Shown here: positions 58,495 to 64,000 of the stretch, piece by piece | How positions within the stretch are numbered: position 1 is the first letter of the stretch | Layout of the letters: the number at the start of each line of letters is the position of its first letter | From: Elusimicrobiaceae bacterium | GTDB lineage: Bacteria > Elusimicrobiota > Elusimicrobia > Elusimicrobiales > Elusimicrobiaceae | Assembly (NCBI GenBank): GCA_017961585.1 | Contig: JAGCWX010000020.1 | Coordinates: forward strand, 150,310-214,309 | Direction of reading: 5' to 3' | Length of the DNA: 64,000 nt | Made by a program: the position numbers and the translations under genes | Notes under the pieces: model-generated | Seen by the model: only the letters and a program-made list of their open reading frames with translations | Told to the model about the DNA's origin: nothing | The model's database searches: none

Positions 58495-58529
58495 TGCCTG
58501 CCGATTATCGGCGGGCATTTTGTTTGTTT
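58495..58529 (+). terminator. Terminator of the moron gene
   Basis: tgcctgccga/tcggcgggca followed by ttttgtttgttt. Confidence 0.7.
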
Positions 58530-58592
58530 ACTGCTGCGCGCAAGAGTGCATAAAAGGTAGGAACGCGCTGCTTTTGAAGTTTACATACGTCT

Positions 58593-58621
58593 ATATTAGC
58601 AAATTTTGTAAGTTTTGTCAA
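58593..58621 (-). promoter_or_regulatory. sigma70-type promoter between terL and portal
   Basis: TTGACA (58621-58616), 17 nt, TAATAT (58598-58593), with extended TG. Confidence 0.7.
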
Positions 58622-58653
58622 GTATTTTTTTAGGCCTATTTTGGGCCTTCTTT

Positions 58654-59967
58654 TTACACTACATCATACTCCGTTTGCGCGAACTCAACCCTGGCAGCAC
58701 CTTGCCAAGAAGCCCGAACCGGGGCCGCAAACGTAAGGGCCAACGCATCGGCTAGATCGGGGCTTTTGCCGGTGCGCTCTTTAAGTTTTTCTTTACTTTC
58801 CAACCGCAAGCGGCCGGAGGCATCGTACTCATAACAAACTTGGCATAAATCCGCTTTGAGCGCAGAAACGTCGGGCAAAATGCCCACGGTTTTAATCCAT
58901 TGCGCCATTTCCCCCCACATTTCCGCACGTTTGTTGGCATATTGACTGGGCTTGCCGGCACTGCCGCCAAAAGGCACTTCCACAACGTTGCGGTACCCCA
59001 ATTGACGCAAGCGGTCAATCACTCCGCCGCCACAACCGGCATCCACAAATACGGCGTCCGGACGAAAGCGTTCTATTTCGTGCGCCACGCGCGAGGCCAA
59101 CGTCATATTATCCATCCCCTGAAAAACAAGTGGCACAAACGCTTTCACACCCTGCCGGCAAAAAATGACACTGCGGTCCGTCCCAAAACGGGCCGGGTCC
59201 ACCCCCATAATTTTAGGTGCATAGCGGATATCTTCCAATGCGGTTTCACGCGCGCACGCCGCTGAAACGGCATCAATGGGGATTAAAATATTTTGTGCAC
59301 TGGCCGAAAAATCACACAAATATTCTTGCCGAAAAATAACAGGGGGCGTATCCTGTTTTAAGCGCGCAAGTTCCGCCGGAGCAATCACGTCCGATTCATC
59401 TGCGCGAAAAATTCCTACCCACCACACCGAAGGTTCGGCCTGAGCATTTTTTTGTGCTTGGCAAAAGAGTTCATAAAACGCGTTTTGCCCTTTGGGGGTG
59501 CCCATAAACACCGCCCACCCTCGGCGCGATAGCAACATCGGGCGGATAATTTGCGTAAATACATCGGGCTTAATTTGAGCATATTCATCCAGCACCACTC
59601 CGTCGGCATATGTACCGCGCAACGCGTCGGGATTATCCGCGCCGCACACCCAAATACGCGCCCCGTTTGGCAAAGAAACACACAACTCGGTTTCCAAAAA
59701 ATGCACCCCCGGGATTCCCTGCGCAAAGCGTTTTAAATAATCCCAGGCAATAAGTTTGGCTTGTTTTAAAAACGGTGCCACATAAAAATAGCGGGGCCTT
59801 TCACGGGGATTGTCCAATGCCATACGGATTAAATGATTGACGGCGCAAACCGTTTTACCTAACTGACGGTGCGTGACCAACACATTAAACCGATGCGTCT
59901 GCAAGGCCTGATGAATGATCCGCTGTACCCGACGCGGACAATAGTTAATTTTCACTTTCTTTTTCAT
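58654..59967 (-). CDS. terL: Terminase large subunit
   Basis: Walker A HRQLGKT, DNPDALRG, Walker B VVLDE, MGTPKG.N.FY, nuclease GVDPARFG.D and SPDLADA. Confidence 0.93.
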   Translation of the reverse strand: MKKKVKINYCPRRVQRIIHQALQTHRFNVLVTHRQLGKTVCAVNHLIRMALDNPRERPRYFYVAPFLKQAKLIAWDYLKRFAQGIPGVHFLETELCVSLPNGARIWVCGADNPDALRGTYADGVVLDEYAQIKPDVFTQIIRPMLLSRRGWAVFMGTPKGQNAFYELFCQAQKNAQAEPSVWWVGIFRADESDVIAPAELARLKQDTPPVIFRQEYLCDFSASAQNILIPIDAVSAACARETALEDIRYAPKIMGVDPARFGTDRSVIFCRQGVKAFVPLVFQGMDNMTLASRVAHEIERFRPDAVFVDAGCGGGVIDRLRQLGYRNVVEVPFGGSAGKPSQYANKRAEMWGEMAQWIKTVGILPDVSALKADLCQVCYEYDASGRLRLESKEKLKERTGKSPDLADALALTFAAPVRASWQGAARVEFAQTEYDVV

Positions 59968-60340
59968 CCCAAACCACCTCTACTTTTTCAAGCGGACGGG
60001 CATTTTCTCTCCAGCCGCACAAATTTTTAGCGGTAAACATGGCAAAACTGGCTGCGTAATTTCCGCGCAAACTGTTTTGAATTAAAATATCCGCTTGCCG
60101 ATCACGCGCTTGTTCGCAAGCATACGCAAAGGCCGGATATTTTTCCTCCCACCCGTGCAATTCTTGCCGCGTAACACCGATCTTTTTGGCAAAGGCCGCA
60201 AACGTGGGCAGTTGCGCCGCGGTTTCCAGCAAAGTAATGGAACCGTCCTTTTTTTGTACTTCGGTTACGTGAAAGGCAATTTGGTCAAAAAATTTTAATA
60301 ATTCGTCGCAAAACTCGGCTTGATACTTTATTTTTTTCAT
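59945..60340 (-). CDS. terS: Terminase small subunit
   Basis: KY..EFC, HTH-like FAKKIGVTRQELHGW, AMFTAKNLCGWR; overlaps terL start. Confidence 0.75.
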   Translation of the reverse strand: MKKIKYQAEFCDELLKFFDQIAFHVTEVQKKDGSITLLETAAQLPTFAAFAKKIGVTRQELHGWEEKYPAFAYACEQARDRQADILIQNSLRGNYAASFAMFTAKNLCGWRENARPLEKVEVVWDEKESEN

Positions 60341-60636
60341 TTTTCCTCCAGCAAGGCCAACTCAAAATTAAACTCTTGAACGCCGCCAAGTGCCCCCAGC
60401 GTTTGGGGTAAACACGCCCGCTGCGCGCGGTATAATTGCCATGCTTGCAATGTTTCATCCGGCGGGCAAAAATTATGTTGATTCTCTTCTAAAAACTGAG
60501 CGTTATACACGTGAAGCAGCGTTTGCAACTCCAAATCTTCCGACGCGGATACCAACGCTCCGTTGCAAGCATCCACCGCAGCATGAACCGCAAAAGCCCG
60601 CGCAAAAATTCTGTTTTCCAATTCCAATTTAGACAT
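60337..60636 (-). CDS. Hypothetical protein, first gene of the cassette
   Basis: 99 aa, SD GGGGGAG, ATGA overlap with terS. Confidence 0.65.
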   Translation of the reverse strand: MSKLELENRIFARAFAVHAAVDACNGALVSASEDLELQTLLHVYNAQFLEENQHNFCPPDETLQAWQLYRAQRACLPQTLGALGGVQEFNFELALLEEK

Positions 60637-60645
60637 ACTCCCCCC

Positions 60646-60737
60646 GCACCAAAACGGTGCAACATCACAGCGGTGCTTACCGAAGTAAGCACCGCAAAAG
60701 CATCTATTTGTATGGATGCCCGGCGGTATTTCCGCCG
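60646..60737 (-). promoter_or_regulatory. Array of four RNA hairpins between yfcC-like gene and the cassette
   Basis: cggcgg/ccgccg; gcatc/gatgc followed by TTTT; 11-bp stem with cUUCGg loop on the minus strand; gcacc/ggtgc next to the SD. Confidence 0.65.
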
Positions 60738-60747
60738 AGCCACAAGA

Positions 60748-62136
60748 TTACCAACCCGATAGGTACGGCGGAACGAGCAGTAGCATAGAGAGCACTGCTA
60801 AAATAATTTGTAATTTAATATTCCATTTAGCCCATTTGAGCCAAGGGATCCCGGCCATTCCTAAAGCGGCCATCGTCACCGGCGCCGTGGGAATAATGGC
60901 GTTGGTCCAGCCCTCGCCAAATTGGTAAGCCAAAATGGAAAGCTGCGGGCTGATATGCATCAAATCCGACAACGGGATCATTACCGGCATGGTCAACACC
61001 GCTTGACCGGAACCCGACGCAATAAAGAAGTTTAAAAAGCTATGCGCCCAAAACATTCCTTCCACCGCGGCCAACGGGTGCAGATGACCAATCCCCGAAA
61101 CAATGGTATGCAAAACGGTATCCAAAATTTTTCCGTCGCCGGCTATCACCACAATAGCGCGCGCTAAGGCAAGCATAACCGCCACGCTTACCATGCTGCG
61201 GGCGCCGTCTATAACGGCATCGGTGGTTTGATTTAAACTGAGGCGTCCAATCAGCGCGGACAAAATTCCCACGCCTAAAAACAAGCCGGAAATTTCAAAA
61301 ATAAACCATTCATATTTGGCCACTCCCAGCACCAAAAGCGCCATCCCCAGCGCAAAAATAATGCAAATCAGCACGTGGGTCGTTTTAAAATCGGGCTTTT
61401 GGATAGAAGTCAAATCCAACGTTTCGCGGCGTTTTTGATCGGCTTCGTACGTCAAACTAAGTTGAGGATTTTTACGAACTTTTTCCCCATACCACATGAC
61501 AAATCCAATCACTACCGCCGTACAAATAAACCACACCAGCAGGCGGTAACTCATCCCGGAATATAAGGGCAGTTGGGCAATCCCTTGTGAAATTCCCACG
61601 GTAAACGGATTCATAAAAGCCGAACCGAACCCAACCCACGCCCCTAAAAACGGAATGCTCACTCCAACCACCGTGTCGTACCCCAGCGATAAGGCAAGCG
61701 GAATAAACAGGGGAATAAAAATAAGGGTTTCCTCTTCCATGCCAAACACGCTGCCCCCTAGTGAAAACAACAGCATGCTGACCGGAATAAACCATTTTTT
61801 TAATTTTTCGCGCTTAGAGAACAAATAGCTTGTTCCCATGATGACAGCATTGACCGTTCCGGTGCGCTCCAAAATCGTGAAGATAGCACCGGTAATAAAA
61901 ATGAACACAATGATATCTGCACATTTTGTAAACCCTTGCGCCGGGGCCATCAGCACCGCCATCACCCCTTGCGGGGCCGATTCAACGGTATGATAGGAAC
62001 CCGCCACCGTATAGGTGCGGCCGTCTTTTTCCACGGTATCGTATTGACCCGCGGGTAATAGCCAAGTAAGCCCGGCTACCAAAAGCATAATAGCGAAAAT
62101 AAGTCCGTAAATATTAAGTGAAAAAGTTTTCTGCAT
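60748..62136 (-). CDS. YfcC-family transporter (basic amino acid antiporter / anaerobic C4-dicarboxylate carrier-like)
   Basis: LTWLLPAGQY, GMEEETL, NPFTVGI.Q.IA, FFI.SGSGQA..TMP, AYQFGEG. Confidence 0.9.
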   Translation of the reverse strand: MQKTFSLNIYGLIFAIMLLVAGLTWLLPAGQYDTVEKDGRTYTVAGSYHTVESAPQGVMAVLMAPAQGFTKCADIIVFIFITGAIFTILERTGTVNAVIMGTSYLFSKREKLKKWFIPVSMLLFSLGGSVFGMEEETLIFIPLFIPLALSLGYDTVVGVSIPFLGAWVGFGSAFMNPFTVGISQGIAQLPLYSGMSYRLLVWFICTAVVIGFVMWYGEKVRKNPQLSLTYEADQKRRETLDLTSIQKPDFKTTHVLICIIFALGMALLVLGVAKYEWFIFEISGLFLGVGILSALIGRLSLNQTTDAVIDGARSMVSVAVMLALARAIVVIAGDGKILDTVLHTIVSGIGHLHPLAAVEGMFWAHSFLNFFIASGSGQAVLTMPVMIPLSDLMHISPQLSILAYQFGEGWTNAIIPTAPVTMAALGMAGIPWLKWAKWNIKLQIILAVLSMLLLVPPYLSGW

Positions 62137-62302
62137 ATTTAAATATTATACTAAACCTATCACTTCAATATCATAGAGCTGCGCGGCGCCGCAACAGCAA
62201 CTGCATAGATAGCAAGCAAAGTTTGGATGTCGCCGGAAGCCCTTTTTAAATGCGGGACGGTCTGTTACCTTTTAAACTTTACTAACCATTTTTGCTTTTT
62301 TA

Positions 62303-62311
62303 TGCTATAAT
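62303..62311 (+). promoter_or_regulatory. Extended -10 promoter facing the repressor gene
   Basis: TGCTATAAT. Confidence 0.55.
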
Positions 62312-62317
62312 ATAATA

Positions 62318-62470
62318 AGAGCTAGGCACTTAGGCCAGGTTCTTAACAAGGCGGAGCACTCTGCCGCAGGGCTGCGGCTCTGTTTAGGGGATAAACCTTC
62401 CGCTTTGTAGATATAGCACCGGGTAAAATGATTTACCCATAACACGCAGGGCAAATTCCCCTTTGTGTAT
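62318..62470 (+). ncRNA. Structured leader or sRNA candidate
   Basis: Stems acaaggcgga/tccgctttgt, gccgca/tgcggc, gttta/taaac, gggtaaa/tttaccc; G-U pairs favour the plus strand. Confidence 0.4.
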
Positions 62471-62474
62471 AGTT

Positions 62475-62503
62475 AGTATAGCAAGTTTTGTGCTGTTTGT
62501 CAA
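62475..62503 (-). promoter_or_regulatory. Near-consensus sigma70 promoter divergent from the repressor
   Basis: TTGACA (62503-62498), 17 nt, TATACT (62480-62475), with extended TG. Confidence 0.8.
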
Positions 62504-62552
62504 GTAGTTTAAAGACCTAGAAGGACCTATTTAATATTAGGAGAATAAACAA

Positions 62553-63239
62553 ATGAACAAATTTGAAAAAGCCCTTATGAATTGGAATGACGGCATCCTT
62601 AGAGGTGCGCAAGCTAAGCTAGCAAAAGAATTACGCGTTTCTACCGCAACCGTTGCCTTATGGACCATTGGCAAACGCAATCCCTCCAAGGGGTATGTGG
62701 CGATGATGGCTAAACTGTTTGGAATGAGCGAATTTGAGGTTTTACGCCTGTTTATGCCCGCCACCTATGCCGACGGAACCCCCCGCTCCACCGCTTTTCA
62801 AGAAAGCAATAGCGACGCTTTTTACAATACTGACAAAGAAGCGGAAGTCCTTGCTCCGCAAAGTAACAGTGTAGCCCTGCCCTATTTGGCCAACGTGCCC
62901 GCCGGTTACCCGGATTTTAACGAAGGGGACGTGATTGAATGGTGGACGTTACCCCGACGCTACGCCAAAGGTGCCAAATATTTAGTGCGTTGCTGCGGCG
63001 ATAGCATGAAAGGCAGCGTGGAATATGATGATTTGTGCCTCATCAAGCCGGAAACCGAATTTTTAGACGGCAAAGTAATGTTAGTCAAAGTACAAGACGG
63101 GCATTTAATCAAACGGATCCGCAAAGAAAACGGCAAGATTGTCCTTTATTCCGATAATGATAAAAAGTACAAAGCTTTTTCCCCCAACATGGTGCAACCC
63201 GTCGGGCTGGTGGTACGCAAAATTACGGACGTACAATAA
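62553..63239 (+). CDS. cI/LexA-like repressor (XRE HTH + S24 peptidase)
   Basis: HTH AQAKLAKELRVSTATVALW, Ala-Gly site NVPAG, catalytic GDSM and IKR; SD AGGAG. Confidence 0.9.
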   Translation: MNKFEKALMNWNDGILRGAQAKLAKELRVSTATVALWTIGKRNPSKGYVAMMAKLFGMSEFEVLRLFMPATYADGTPRSTAFQESNSDAFYNTDKEAEVLAPQSNSVALPYLANVPAGYPDFNEGDVIEWWTLPRRYAKGAKYLVRCCGDSMKGSVEYDDLCLIKPETEFLDGKVMLVKVQDGHLIKRIRKENGKIVLYSDNDKKYKAFSPNMVQPVGLVVRKITDVQ

Positions 63240-63255
63240 ATTTTAAAAAAAGCCC

Positions 63256-63283
63256 TTGACATTTTTGAGTTTTCGCTTATACT
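63256..63283 (+). promoter_or_regulatory. sigma70 promoter of the candidate ncRNA
   Basis: TTGACA (63256-63261), 16 nt, TATACT (63278-63283), A-tract UP element. Confidence 0.7.
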
Positions 63284-63289
63284 ATAAGT

Positions 63290-63603
63290 ACGCCAGGGCA
63301 GCAGTAAATGTCTTTTGGCTCTTGGGAGTGACAAAAGAACTGCGCTTTGTGTTGGCCGTGCCCATGGGCGCGGGTAGGATAAAACGCAGGCCAATGGCGC
63401 AAGATGTTTGGGAAGCAGAGGTTAGGTTGAATGACCGTTTCACGAGCCCGGTTCTTTACCCTTGTGAGGGTAAGGGTTCACCCCGGGAGATGGAACCGGC
63501 AATCGGCCCCTACACTAAACATTGTTTCCGCCAAGCTGCCGGGTGTCCACTTATGGAACAGGAAAAATGATCCCCTCGTATGAGAATGCGAGGGGACTTT
63601 TTT
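63290..63603 (+). ncRNA. Candidate ~310-nt structured non-coding RNA of unknown class
   Basis: Own promoter and terminator; several nested helices; no convincing ORF. Confidence 0.55.
63571..63603. terminator. Terminator shared by the ncRNA candidate and hydF
   Basis: tcccctcgta/tgcgagggga followed by tttttt. Confidence 0.75.
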
Positions 63604-63622
63604 GTTCAACTTTGCGTAAAAA

Positions 63623-64000
63623 TCACATTCCTTTTTTACGGAAAATTTCGGTAACGCGCTTAAAAATACCGTTACACCAAGCAATGGTTAAACCGTAGTT
63701 ACTCACCGGCACTTTGGCCTCTTTCAAAATAGCCAAGCGGCGTAAAATTTGCGTGCGCGTTACCATACATCCGCCACACTGAATAGCCAGCTTGTATTTC
63801 CCGAGATTCGCCGGCAACGGGTCCAAATTACTTACCGTTGTAAATTTTAATTTCTTGCCGGTATGTTTTTGCAACCATTGCGGGATTTTTACGCGGCCGA
63901 TATCGTCGCACTTATTAACGCTGTGCGAGCAAGATTCCAGCACTAAAATTTCATCCCCCTCCTGCAGTTTATCAATAGCCGGCGTGCCCTTCAAAAAGGC
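63623..64000 (-). CDS. hydF: [FeFe]-hydrogenase H-cluster maturation GTPase HydF, C-terminal part
   Basis: ILVLESCSH..DDIGRVKIP, CGGCM, VPVSNYG; gene starts outside window. Confidence 0.9.
   Translation of the reverse strand, partial: AFLKGTPAIDKLQEGDEILVLESCSHSVNKCDDIGRVKIPQWLQKHTGKKLKFTTVSNLDPLPANLGKYKLAIQCGGCMVTRTQILRRLAILKEAKVPVSNYGLTIAWCNGIFKRVTEIFRKKGM

Larger units (their letters stand above)
47149..60636 (-). mobile_element. Podovirus-derived virion/lysis cassette (GTA-like element or defective prophage)
   Basis: 18 co-oriented, mostly abutting ORFs: terS, terL, portal, scaffold, MCP, cement, tail tube A/B, fibre, lysozyme, holin, spanins; no integrase or replication gene seen. Confidence 0.85.

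Noticed and set aside
63256-63570. 104-aa ORF (or internal 58-aa MAQDVW...) downstream of the repressor
   Set aside because: The long form starts inside the -35 box; the short form has a weak SD and no recognisable features; dense base-pairing better explains the region
63770-63960. HydF cluster motif reads CSH...QCGGC instead of HCxxC
   Set aside because: All three Cys ligands are present; a single His-to-Gln change in a partial gene is too little to claim altered function
1-64000. CRISPR array, IS/transposase, rRNA, integron
   Set aside because: No regularly spaced repeats, transposase/integrase/recombinase ORFs or rRNA-like sequence found by eye

Overview
Bacterial chromosomal window of roughly 50% GC from a diderm anaerobe. 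The dispersed '[28 protein letters not shown]' pilins, the GGGtGRT/NifU-like pair, HydF and the spanins point to Elusimicrobiota (inference, no phylogeny run). 1-47 kb is mostly housekeeping: asnS, uppS, era, aspS-hisS, typA, trxB-maf, ackA, pit, nadA-nadC, ftsQ-ftsA-ftsZ-pilT-cmk-plsC-rpsA, a queD-queE-folE-folP-(PTPS)-folK operon, frr, tRNA-Leu(CAG) and tRNA-Thr(CGT). It also holds four solitary type IV pilin-like genes and a second, degenerate ftsA. The main feature is a compact 13.5 kb minus-strand cassette (47149-60636) of apparently intact BPP-1/T7-like podovirus genes: terS, terL, portal, scaffold, capsid, cement, tail tubes A/B, an LRR tail fibre and a full lysis set. It has no integrase, replication genes, att site or large ejection proteins, and is fused directly to host-type genes. 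That architecture suggests a domesticated gene-transfer-agent-like system rather than an ordinary prophage, though a deleted prophage is not excluded. Nearby are a divergent RecA-cleavable cI-like repressor, a hairpin-array leader, a 96% AT island, a small membrane moron with an antisense promoter, and a candidate ~310-nt structured ncRNA with its own promoter and terminator. At least 12 genes look leaderless. All calls come from reading motifs by eye; no database searches were run.
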